From positions 1 to 36,924 of the forward strand of contig CAJLYO010000001.1 in the NCBI GenBank assembly GCA_905210885.1: DNA of 36,924 bases, read 5' to 3'. The notes beneath the pieces were generated by a model. The model made no database searches. It was not told the DNA's origin and saw nothing but the letters and a program-made list of their open reading frames with translations. Made by a program: the position numbers and the translations under genes. This DNA comes from an uncultured Eubacteriales bacterium (GTDB taxonomy: Bacteria > Bacillota > Clostridia > Monoglobales > Firm-18). Of the stretch, positions 1-7,886 are shown piece by piece. Position 1 is the first letter of the stretch, and every line of letters starts with the position of its first letter.

Positions 1-1455
1 TCGTCCGTTATAATATTTCTGCTTATTTCCAAAAATGCTCTCGCATTTGCCGAGGGTATGGTATATTCCGCAATGCCGGCAGATGTTTCCGCAAAAGCCG
101 CGGTGAAAAAAATAGCGGAGCGGCTTACGGCGCTTTCAAAGTCTTTTTTTGAAATGGCGGAGGATTTCGGAAAAAACATGCCGGGAAAAATTCCGGATAA
201 CACAAATGATATAATGGTTTTGTACGACAAGACGGCAGATAAGGTGTGCCGCCGATGCGGAATGAAATTTATATGCTGGGAAAAGGAGTTTAACTCAACC
301 TACGACAGACTTATGCATCTTAATCCGGTGCTTGCGGAAAAAGGCTCGGTCGAGGTTTCGGACGTGCCGCAGCCTTTTAGGGTAAAGTGCATTAAGCTTG
401 AATATTTTCTTCAGGTTTTAAACAAGTATTATGCGCGCTACCGCCTGGATAATATGTGGGTAAAGCAGGTGGAAGCCGGAAAACAGCTTGTTTCGCGGCA
501 TTTGTACGGCATTTCCGAAATAATGTCGGACTTTGCGGAGGAAACAAAAAACCAGCTTGACTTTGTGCCGAATCCGGATAATATTTTATATCTTGCTCTG
601 CGTAAGCATGATATAAAGTGCACAAGCGTGGGCAGTGTTAAAAACGAGCTTGGTCAGACGGAGGTAACCGTGCGTACACATGTAAGTCATATGTACAAGG
701 AAAAAATCGAGGATATAACGTCCCAGATAATGGGCAGACGTTTTTATGCGGCGAAGGTTCATGTATCGGACGACGGAGAAAAGGCAACGGTGCAGCTTGC
801 GGAGCGAGAGCGGTTTAAGGTTACGGCAGGTGGCGCCGTGCGCACAAAGGACGGCAGTAAAAGCTGCGGTGACAGCTGTCGTCAGCAAAAAATAGGGCAT
901 AACAGGCATATTGCGATTTTAAGCGACGGTATGGGCAGCGGCGAAAACGCCAAAAGGCAGTCAAACTACGCGGTTGAAGTAATGCTGAGGCTGCTTTCCT
1001 GCGGTTTTGACAGGGAATGTGCGGTGAAAATAATGAACCTGTCATTATATCTCAGGCAAAGCGAGGAAAGTTTTGCAACGGTTGACGCCGCCGTTATAGA
1101 TTTGTTTGAGGGAAACGCAGATTTTATAAAAATAGGCGCTGCCGCCTCTTATATAAAAAGCGGTGGAAAGATAAGATGTATAACCTCAAATTCTCTGCCT
1201 GCCGGTATGCTTACGGACATAACGCCGTGCACCGAGCGCGTGAAAATAGTGCCCGGCGATATTATAGTTATGGCAAGCGACGGAATATGCGGCGCCGAGC
1301 CGGAGTGGCTGCCCGATTATATTAAAGACTGCAGCGCGGAAAATCCACAAATTCTTGCCGATAATATATTAAAGGAAGCGGTTTTGAGAAACGACTATAC
1401 CGCGTCTGACGATATGACCGTTATGACACTGTTGATAGAGGAGGAAATAGCGTAG
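1..1455 (+). CDS. spoIIE: Stage II sporulation protein E (PP2C-type phosphatase), C-terminal part; the 5' end lies outside the window
   Basis: Frame 1 is open from nt 1: SSVIIFLLISKNALAFAEG precedes the first Met at 58, so the gene enters from upstream. The PP2C-like signatures ILSDGMGSGENA and IVMASDGI are typical of the SpoIIE C-terminal domain. Confidence 0.85.
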   Translation, partial: SSVIIFLLISKNALAFAEGMVYSAMPADVSAKAAVKKIAERLTALSKSFFEMAEDFGKNMPGKIPDNTNDIMVLYDKTADKVCRRCGMKFICWEKEFNSTYDRLMHLNPVLAEKGSVEVSDVPQPFRVKCIKLEYFLQVLNKYYARYRLDNMWVKQVEAGKQLVSRHLYGISEIMSDFAEETKNQLDFVPNPDNILYLALRKHDIKCTSVGSVKNELGQTEVTVRTHVSHMYKEKIEDITSQIMGRRFYAAKVHVSDDGEKATVQLAERERFKVTAGGAVRTKDGSKSCGDSCRQQKIGHNRHIAILSDGMGSGENAKRQSNYAVEVMLRLLSCGFDRECAVKIMNLSLYLRQSEESFATVDAAVIDLFEGNADFIKIGAAASYIKSGGKIRCITSNSLPAGMLTDITPCTERVKIVPGDIIVMASDGICGAEPEWLPDYIKDCSAENPQILADNILKEAVLRNDYTASDDMTVMTLLIEEEIA

Positions 1456-1479
1456 CCCGGTTTCTGCCGGGCTTTTTTT
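1455..1479. terminator. Bidirectional intrinsic terminator between convergent spoIIE and sigK
   Basis: Stem GCCCGG (1455-1460) pairs with CCGGGC (1467-1472), with loop TTTCTG and then TTTTTTT (1473-1479). It sits exactly between the two convergent stop codons. Confidence 0.7.
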
Positions 1480-2161
1480 ATGTATTGTTCATTTCATCGC
1501 GCAAAAGTTCAAGAGCCTTTTTCTCTATTCTGGAGATGTATGAACGGGAAATGCCCAAAGCATGTGCCACCTCGCGCTGTGTCATTTCGTCTGTTCCGAA
1601 AAGTCCGTACCGCATTATAATTATCCGCTTTTCTCTTGGGGACAAAACCTTTTCTATGGTGCGGTACAGCTTTGTAACCTGCATTTTATTGTCTATGCTT
1701 TCAAAAACCTCGTCGTCGCTGTTGTACAAAATGCTGTTAAAGGTTATCTGATTGCCTTCAAAGTCAACGCCTATTGGTTCGTCAATGGAAACCTCGTTTT
1801 TCGTCTTTTTGGACGCGCGTATACACATTAAAATCTCATTTTCGATACAGCGCGATATGTATGTGGAAAGCTTTGCCCCTTTTTTTACGTCAAAGCTTGT
1901 AATACCTTTTATAAGCCCTATTGTGCCGATTGAAATAAGGTCATCTGTTTCCTTACCGGAAACGGTGTATTTTTTAGCAATATGTGCCACAAGGCGCAGA
2001 TTGTGTTCAATCAGCTTATCCTTTGCCTCGGCGTCACCTTCGGAATAACGGATTAAAAGCTCCTGTTCCTCTTTTTTTGAAAGAGGTTTGGGAAACGAAT
2101 TTATTGCGGAAACATAGGACAGCAGCGCGAAAAATTGCTGCAAAAGCATATAAATAAACAT
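1478..2161 (-). CDS. sigK: Sporulation sigma factor, pro-sigma-K type
   Basis: Sigma-70 regions 2 and 4 are present (IEHNLRLVAHIAKKY, DLISIGTIGLIKGI, RCIENEILM, LGISRSYISRIEKKAL). The N-terminal pro-sequence ends in SYVSAINSFPKPLS, which resembles the B. subtilis pro-sigma-K junction (SYVKNNAFPQPLS) more than pro-sigma-E. The track start at 2170 is a GTG inside the SD. ATG at 2161 follows AGGGGTG by 6 nt. The gene is uninterrupted. Confidence 0.75.
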   Translation of the reverse strand: MFIYMLLQQFFALLSYVSAINSFPKPLSKKEEQELLIRYSEGDAEAKDKLIEHNLRLVAHIAKKYTVSGKETDDLISIGTIGLIKGITSFDVKKGAKLSTYISRCIENEILMCIRASKKTKNEVSIDEPIGVDFEGNQITFNSILYNSDDEVFESIDNKMQVTKLYRTIEKVLSPREKRIIIMRYGLFGTDEMTQREVAHALGISRSYISRIEKKALELLRDEMNNT

Positions 2162-2186
2162 AAAAAACACCCCTGTATATCAATGA

Positions 2187-2213
2187 TATAGATGTACAAG
2201 GGTGAAATATGAC
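2187..2213 (-). promoter_or_regulatory. Possible mother-cell (sigma-E/sigma-K type) promoter of sigK
   Basis: The minus strand reads GTCATATTtcacccttgtaCATCTATA in the only 53 nt upstream of sigK. GTCATATT resembles a sigma-E -35 box and CATcTATA loosely resembles a CATA-type -10. The spacing is not a clean match. Confidence 0.25.
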
Positions 2214-2223
2214 AAAATTTCTT

Positions 2224-3078
2224 TTATTTTGAAAGGAAAAACAACGCCAGTGTTCCGGGCCCTGAGTGACAGCCCACGGTTGAACCGGTGTAGCTTACGA
2301 TAAACTCGCTGCAGCCGTACATTTCGCTCATGTGCCTTTTAAGCTCTTCGGCGTCATCTATGCAGTCGCCGTGACATATGCCGATTGTCTGTTTATCAAG
2401 GTCGTAACCGCGGATTCCGGCAATTTCCGCAAGACGTTTTATTGACGTTTTTCTGCCGCGCACCTTTTCGATGGGTATTAGTTTTCCCTCATCGTCAACG
2501 TGCAGAATCGGTTTGATTCCCAAAACTCCGCCTATTATGGCAGCGGTTTTTGAAACTCTGCCGCCTCTGTGGAGATATTTTAAGTCGTCAACGGTGAATA
2601 CATGCTCAAGATTATAGCTGTTTTGCTCTGCGGCGGCGATAACCTCGTCCTTTGACGCTCCGTCACGCTGCATGCAAAGAGCCTTATAAACCACAAGTCC
2701 CATGCCGGTTGACGCGCATTTTGTGTCAACTATTGAAATATCAAAATCGGGATATTTCTCCAAAATCTGGTCGCGGGCGGTGCATGCGGAATTGTACGTT
2801 CCCGAAAGACCCGAGGAGAACGCAAGATATACAAGGGGTGTGCCCTCCTTTGCATATTCCTCAAAAACATCGTAAAACTCTCCCGCAGAAACCTGGGAGG
2901 TTTTAAAAATTTCCCCGGCTCTCATTCTGTCGAAAATTTCTTTCGGCTGTATGTCACAGTCCTTGATTTCGGTGCCGTCAGCCGTAACAACGGTAAGAGG
3001 CAGCACGCGAAGGTTAAATTCCCTGCGGATTTCAACCGGTAAATCCGAGGAGCTGTCGGTGATTATAGCATATGTCAT
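2224..3078 (-). CDS. DegV family fatty-acid-binding protein
   Basis: The N-terminus MTYAIITDSSSDLP, the overall length (284 aa) and the pattern are typical of the DegV/EDD fold family. Confidence 0.85.
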   Translation of the reverse strand: MTYAIITDSSSDLPVEIRREFNLRVLPLTVVTADGTEIKDCDIQPKEIFDRMRAGEIFKTSQVSAGEFYDVFEEYAKEGTPLVYLAFSSGLSGTYNSACTARDQILEKYPDFDISIVDTKCASTGMGLVVYKALCMQRDGASKDEVIAAAEQNSYNLEHVFTVDDLKYLHRGGRVSKTAAIIGGVLGIKPILHVDDEGKLIPIEKVRGRKTSIKRLAEIAGIRGYDLDKQTIGICHGDCIDDAEELKRHMSEMYGCSEFIVSYTGSTVGCHSGPGTLALFFLSK

Positions 3079-3101
3079 ATTACCATTTTCCTTCCATTAT
3101 A

Positions 3102-4769
3102 TTATGTTTCCATTATAACAGGCAAAATCATCGGTTTTCTCTTTGTTTTCGTGTAAAGGAAGTCGCTGATTTTACTCTTAACCTGCATTTTTATTGTGTT
3201 CCAGTCCGTTATGCCCTTTTCATGACAGTCGTCAAGGGTTTTGCGTGCACAGCGGCGAATTTCTTCTATTAAGTCCTCGCTTTCGCGCATGTACACAAAT
3301 CCGCGGGAGATAATGTCGGGGCCGGAAACGATATCCTTGCTTTCGCAGGACAGGGTAACCACTACCACGATAAGTCCGTCTTCTGCAAGATGCTTTCTGT
3401 CGCGAAGTACGATATTTCCCACATCGCCCACACCCAGACCGTCAACAAGTATCGGTCCTGCCTGAACTGAGCCGTTTTTGCGGCAGCTGTCTTTTCCCAC
3501 TTCAAGCACATCGCCTATGCCGAGAATGTGTATGTTTTTCTCGCTTATTCCCATAGACAGCGCAAGCTTTGCATGCTGCATAAGGTGGCGGAATTCGCCG
3601 TGAACCGGGATAAAGTATTTGGGTTTTGCAAGGCTTAATATAAGCTTAAGTTCCTCGCGGCAGGCATGCCCCGAAACGTGAATATCCGCCAGGGATTCAT
3701 AAATAACCTCCGCGCCGAGCTTGAAAAGCTGATTTATAACGCGTGAAACGGTTTTTTCGTTTCCCGGGATAGGCGTTGCGGAAATAATAACCGTGTCGCC
3801 GTGAGTTATCGAAACCTTTTTGTGGTCCGAAAACGCCATTCTGGTAAGGGCGCTCATTGCCTCGCCCTGGCTTCCGGTAGTGATTATAACGAGCTTTTCC
3901 GAAGGATATTTGTTTATTTCGTCTATGTCAATAAGAGTGTTTTTCGGTACCTTCATATAACCAAGCTCAATTGCCACGTTTATGGCGTTAATCATGCTTC
4001 TGCCGGAAATGGCAACTTTTCTTTTGTACGCATATGCCGCATTTATAATCTGCTGAACCCTGTGCACGTTCGAGGCAAAGGTTGCAACGATTATGCGGCG
4101 TTTCTGATTGCTGCGGAACAGTTCGTCAAATGTCACACCTACGGTGCGTTCGCTCATTGTGTAGCCGGGACGCTCGATATTTGTGCTTTCGGAAAGCATA
4201 ACCAGTATGCCCTCTTTGCCCAGCTCTCCGATGCGCGCAAGATCCATCATTTCGCCGTCTATGGGCGTGGGATCTATTTTAAAGTCCCCGGTATGAAGGA
4301 TTATTCCGGCAGGGGTGTGCAATGCGACCGCCACCGAGCCGGGAATGCTGTGGTTGCTCCTGATAAATTCAACCTTGAAGCAGCCTACAGGCACCGTTTC
4401 GCCGGGATTTACCGTGTGCAGCTTTGACTTGTTTAAAAGTCCGTGCTCCTTAAGCTTATTGCTTACAAGACCCAGCGTGAAGCTTGTGCCGTAGATAGGA
4501 ACATCGATATCCCTTAAAAGGTACGGCAGTGCGCCGATATGGTCCTCATGCCCGTGAGTAAGCACGATTCCCCTTATCCTTTCACGGTTCTTAACGAGAT
4601 AGGTCATATCGGGTATAACGATATCAACCCCCAGCATCTCGTCGTCCGGAAATGCAAGACCGCAGTCGATAATGACGATTTCCTTTCCGTACTCAAAAAC
4701 AGTAATGTTTTTGCCGATTTCGTCAAGACCGCCAAGCGGTATGATTTTCAATTTTGATTTTTTTGTCAC
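3102..4769 (-). CDS. rnj: Ribonuclease J (metallo-beta-lactamase / beta-CASP RNase)
   Basis: 555 aa with N-terminus KLKIIPLGGLDEIGKN and the HGHEDHIG zinc motif. GTG start at 4769 lies 7 nt after GGAGG. Confidence 0.92.
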   Translation of the reverse strand: MTKKSKLKIIPLGGLDEIGKNITVFEYGKEIVIIDCGLAFPDDEMLGVDIVIPDMTYLVKNRERIRGIVLTHGHEDHIGALPYLLRDIDVPIYGTSFTLGLVSNKLKEHGLLNKSKLHTVNPGETVPVGCFKVEFIRSNHSIPGSVAVALHTPAGIILHTGDFKIDPTPIDGEMMDLARIGELGKEGILVMLSESTNIERPGYTMSERTVGVTFDELFRSNQKRRIIVATFASNVHRVQQIINAAYAYKRKVAISGRSMINAINVAIELGYMKVPKNTLIDIDEINKYPSEKLVIITTGSQGEAMSALTRMAFSDHKKVSITHGDTVIISATPIPGNEKTVSRVINQLFKLGAEVIYESLADIHVSGHACREELKLILSLAKPKYFIPVHGEFRHLMQHAKLALSMGISEKNIHILGIGDVLEVGKDSCRKNGSVQAGPILVDGLGVGDVGNIVLRDRKHLAEDGLIVVVVTLSCESKDIVSGPDIISRGFVYMRESEDLIEEIRRCARKTLDDCHEKGITDWNTIKMQVKSKISDFLYTKTKRKPMILPVIMET

Positions 4770-4834
4770 TTTTTAACCTCCGTTTTTTCCAAACCGTCTG
4801 TACGGTTTAATTTTATTTCCGATCACTTTATTGG

Positions 4835-4867
4835 TGAAAAATTAACTGAAACGGCCTTTGCCGTCTC
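4835..4867 (-). terminator. Terminator-like hairpin downstream of spoIIR, inside the predicted rnj 5' UTR
   Basis: The minus strand reads GAGACGGC-AAAG-GCCGTTTC (8 bp with one mismatch) followed by AGTTAATTTTT. Confidence 0.5.
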
Positions 4868-4888
4868 AACCGAAATAAACTATTATAC

Positions 4889-4917
4889 AGTATAACACAT
4901 TTTTGCAATATATGCAA
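4889..4917 (-). promoter_or_regulatory. Sigma-A type promoter for rnj
   Basis: The minus strand has TTGCAT, a 17-nt spacer and TATACT, with TGt immediately upstream of the -10 (extended -10). It lies directly after the spoIIR stop codon. Confidence 0.55.
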
Positions 4918-4920
4918 GTT

Positions 4921-5547
4921 TTATTTTCCCAAAAGCTCAAGCAGTTTGAATTTGAACTTATATTTTATGCTGTCGTCGCTGTTTGTCACAATGTTGTATT
5001 CCTCGTCCGTAAGTACGTTTTTAAGCTTTTGGCGGCTTGCATCGCCGAATTTTTCAAAGCAAAGCTGAGGGTACAAAACACACCACCAGTTTTTTCCCTC
5101 ACCCGAGCCTATGACAACGCGCAATGCGTAATATTCCCCCGCCGGAAGCTTTGAGGCTCCGTATGATTTTGTGGGAAAGTCAAACCCTCCCGTCATACAG
5201 TTTACGCTGTAGTTACAGCCTTTATCCGAAATAACGTTTTGGGCGGCTTTTTTTATGCCGGGTAAGTTCTCATTTATTATTCTTTTTGTTTCCGAAACGC
5301 TTTTTGCGTTTTCAAGCTTGTCCGATAAAAAATCCGCAACGCCGTCACGCACGGAAAGCTTTAAATTCTGATCCGCCTCGCTGTCGCTGTTTGCGATAAC
5401 GTGCAGACGTACAACCGACGAGGCAATGTCGGCGTGAACCTTGTTTGAATAACTGTTTGCGCATCCCAAAACCGCGATGCCGATAAGCAGTGATAAAAGA
5501 AGTTTTTTTATAAAAGGCGTTTCAAGTAAATCTTCCGTGTAAACCAT
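4921..5547 (-). CDS. spoIIR: Stage II sporulation protein R
   Basis: Shows VVRLHVIANSDSEADQNLKLSVRD and NWWCVLYPQLCF, both characteristic of SpoIIR, plus an N-terminal signal/anchor. The start was moved to ATG 5547 (MVYTEDLL), which lies 6 nt after AGGAGGGG. The track start at 5580 has no SD. Confidence 0.85.
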   Translation of the reverse strand: MVYTEDLLETPFIKKLLLSLLIGIAVLGCANSYSNKVHADIASSVVRLHVIANSDSEADQNLKLSVRDGVADFLSDKLENAKSVSETKRIINENLPGIKKAAQNVISDKGCNYSVNCMTGGFDFPTKSYGASKLPAGEYYALRVVIGSGEGKNWWCVLYPQLCFEKFGDASRQKLKNVLTDEEYNIVTNSDDSIKYKFKFKLLELLGK

Positions 5548-5614
5548 TGTTTTCCCCTCCTGTATATTTATTATTAACAAAGGTTACAGTATATAAACAT
5601 TTTTAGCCAAGTCA

Positions 5615-5643
5615 TTGACTTTATTTTTTTGATACTGTATAAT
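5615..5643 (+). promoter_or_regulatory. Sigma-A type promoter of the acyltransferase-to-FAD-protein operon
   Basis: TTGACT (5615-5620), a 17-nt spacer, then TATAAT (5638-5643). Confidence 0.6.
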
Positions 5644-5672
5644 TATTGTAATAAGATTTCGGAGGTTGGAGT

Positions 5673-6701
5673 TTGCGTATGCAAAGCACTGCAAAAAGAA
5701 TTGAATATCTTGATTTCGTGCGCATATTTGCAATGCTTTCGGTGATACTTCTGCACTGCATATGCGATTATAACAGCGACGGTGCGGCGTTTGGCAGACC
5801 GCTGTGGTATTTAACATGCGTTTTAAATGAAATCACACGCGTGGGTGTGCCGCTGTTTTTCATGACAAGCGGTGCTTTAATGCTTGAGGGGCGCACCTCC
5901 GATTTAGGCAGGTTTTACAAAAGCAGGTTTTTAAAAATACTTCCGAAATTTGCGGTGTACACCATTTTGTACTATGTTTTTTTCAGCGTGTTAAACGGTG
6001 AAAAAATATTTGATTTTCGTTTTGTGTCCCAGGTGTTAAATTCCGGAACGGCGTATCATCTGTGGTATATGTATTCTCTTTGCGCAATTTATCTGCTTAT
6101 GCCGTTTTTCGGCGCGGCGGCGGAGAAATTCGGGCGCGGCGGAATTTTTATACTGCTGTGTCTTATAGTTTTTCAGACCGGGCTTAAGCCGGTTATAAAT
6201 ATATTTGCGCAGGGAAAGATTTACATTTACCTTTGCGAGGACGGTGTTTTGGGCTATACCGGTTACGTTTTGCTGGGATACATACTTTCAAAAACAGAAT
6301 TTACAAGGTTTAAAAGATATGCTTTGTATTTTGCGGCGGCTGTGTGCACGGCTGTGTTTGCCGCTGCAAACGCGGGCTTTGCCATGACCGGAGAAGGGTT
6401 TCCCTTTAATTTCGGCTACGGAATAAACCATTACATAGAGGCTGCGGCGGTGTTTGTGCTGCTGAAATACGCACCGCTGCCGGGCGGAAAGCTTGCCGGA
6501 CTTCTTTCAAAAACGGTTTTTGACGTGTATTTTATACATGTTTTGCTGATAGAGCTTTTTAAGCTTTGGTTTTTAAACCGCGTAAATTTAACGCCGTCGG
6601 CATACATGCTTTTAATGCTTGTGTTTACGGTGGTTTTCGGGTTCGGATTCGGAATAATTGTTTTGAAATTAAAGGAGTTTATAAATGAAAAGAACGTATA
6701 A
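5673..6701 (+). CDS. Acyltransferase family 3 integral membrane protein
   Basis: About 10 predicted TM helices, with N-terminus RIEYLDFVRIFAMLSVILLHC typical of the acyltransferase_3 family. The start is ambiguous between TTG 5673 and ATG 5679; each has an upstream GGAG. Confidence 0.8.
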   Translation: MRMQSTAKRIEYLDFVRIFAMLSVILLHCICDYNSDGAAFGRPLWYLTCVLNEITRVGVPLFFMTSGALMLEGRTSDLGRFYKSRFLKILPKFAVYTILYYVFFSVLNGEKIFDFRFVSQVLNSGTAYHLWYMYSLCAIYLLMPFFGAAAEKFGRGGIFILLCLIVFQTGLKPVINIFAQGKIYIYLCEDGVLGYTGYVLLGYILSKTEFTRFKRYALYFAAAVCTAVFAAANAGFAMTGEGFPFNFGYGINHYIEAAAVFVLLKYAPLPGGKLAGLLSKTVFDVYFIHVLLIELFKLWFLNRVNLTPSAYMLLMLVFTVVFGFGFGIIVLKLKEFINEKNV

Positions 6702-7881
6702 GTCAACGCGCCGCGCGTGTTATGTGGGCTATCTTGTCCAGGCGGTTGTAAACAACCTTTCGCCGGTGTTTTTTGTAATATATCAAAGGGAATACGGCGT
6801 TTCCTATTCTCTTTTAAGCTGTCTTATAATAATGAATTTTATAACGCAGCTTATAGTTGACATTTTGTGCATACATTTCGTGAATAAATTCGGACAGCGC
6901 CGATGCGTTGTTGCGGCGCATATTATCAACGCATGTGGTCTTGTAATGCTTGGCGTCCTGCCATCGGTAATGCCTGTTCCATTTGCGGGACTTGTGATTG
7001 CAACGGTGTTTTGCGCGGTGGGCAGCGGTATAATCGAGGTTATAATTTCTCCTGTTGTGTCCGCACTGCCCAGCGACAACAAGACCGGGGACATGAGCCT
7101 TCTGCACTCGTTTTACTGCTGGGGTCAGCTTATTGTGGTGCTTTCTACGACGCTGCTTTTGGCACTGGGCGTTTCATGGCACATTATATGCCTTTTGTGG
7201 GCGGTTTTGCCTGTTGTAAATACCTTTAACTTTCTTACCGTGCCTATTGTTGAAACGGAGGAGGAAGAAACCGCCGGCGGATTTTCTCTGTTTAAGTCGG
7301 GAATGTTTATCTGCTTTGCGGTTTTAATGATGAGCGCCGGTGCAAGCGAGCTTGCACTCAGCCAGTGGGCATCGCTGTTTATCGAAACAAGCCTTAAAAT
7401 TCCCAAGGCTATGGGGGATATTATGGGACCGTGCATGTTTGCTCTGTTTATGGGCATGGGCAGAGTGCTGTTCGGCTTGTACGGCGAAAAGCTTAAGGTT
7501 AACCGTGTGCTTTTTGTATGCGCTGCCGCATGCTTTGTTTCATATATTATGGCGTCGATGTCTGAAGTGCCGGTTATGTCGCTTATTGCCTGCGCATTGT
7601 GCGGTTTTTCCGTGAGCGTTATGTGGCCGGGAGTTTTAAGCAGTGCGGCACATACCCATTTCGGCGGTTCTACAGCGCTTTTTGCCCTGCTTGCCTTATT
7701 CGGCGACAGCGGCTGCACCGCAGGTCCCGCCCTTGCCGGATTTTTATCCGACATAGCCGAAAATTCCGCAAAAATCGGAATGAGCGGACTGCGTTTCGGA
7801 CTTTTGGGCGCTTCCGTATTTCCTGTGATAATGATGGTAACCCTTGGCGTAATATCGCTTAAGGGCAAGACCGGGGAGTGA
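6685..7881 (+). CDS. MFS transporter
   Basis: 398 aa and polytopic (about 12 TM helices) with an internal two-halves organisation. It overlaps the upstream gene by 17 nt. The substrate is unknown. Confidence 0.75.
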   Translation: MKRTYKSTRRACYVGYLVQAVVNNLSPVFFVIYQREYGVSYSLLSCLIIMNFITQLIVDILCIHFVNKFGQRRCVVAAHIINACGLVMLGVLPSVMPVPFAGLVIATVFCAVGSGIIEVIISPVVSALPSDNKTGDMSLLHSFYCWGQLIVVLSTTLLLALGVSWHIICLLWAVLPVVNTFNFLTVPIVETEEEETAGGFSLFKSGMFICFAVLMMSAGASELALSQWASLFIETSLKIPKAMGDIMGPCMFALFMGMGRVLFGLYGEKLKVNRVLFVCAAACFVSYIMASMSEVPVMSLIACALCGFSVSVMWPGVLSSAAHTHFGGSTALFALLALFGDSGCTAGPALAGFLSDIAENSAKIGMSGLRFGLLGASVFPVIMMVTLGVISLKGKTGE

Positions 7882-7886
7882 TTTGA

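Noticed and set aside
5548-5672. I searched for a sigma-F type promoter upstream of spoIIR.
   Set aside because: I could not find a convincing GCATR / GGnnAnAnT pair at suitable spacing by eye. Only A/T-rich sequence and the divergent sigma-A promoter of the acyltransferase operon are evident, so no call is made.
5584-5817. A 77-aa minus-strand ORF spans the divergent promoter region and the acyltransferase start.
   Set aside because: It overlaps the promoter and the 5' end of a well-supported gene, and it has no SD and no recognisable motif.
7125-7868. A 247-aa minus-strand ORF lies antisense to the MFS transporter. Similar long antisense or alternate-frame ORFs occur at 3801-4427, 10702-11235, 14543-15007, 15787-16242, 17292-17747, 18069-18719, 19376-19834, 21604-22032, 23607-24170 and 28969-29379.
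   Set aside because: Each lies entirely inside a confidently identified gene on the other strand or in another frame. They have no SD and a low-complexity, Arg/Ser/Pro- or Cys-rich composition typical of shadow ORFs, and I recognise no motifs in them.
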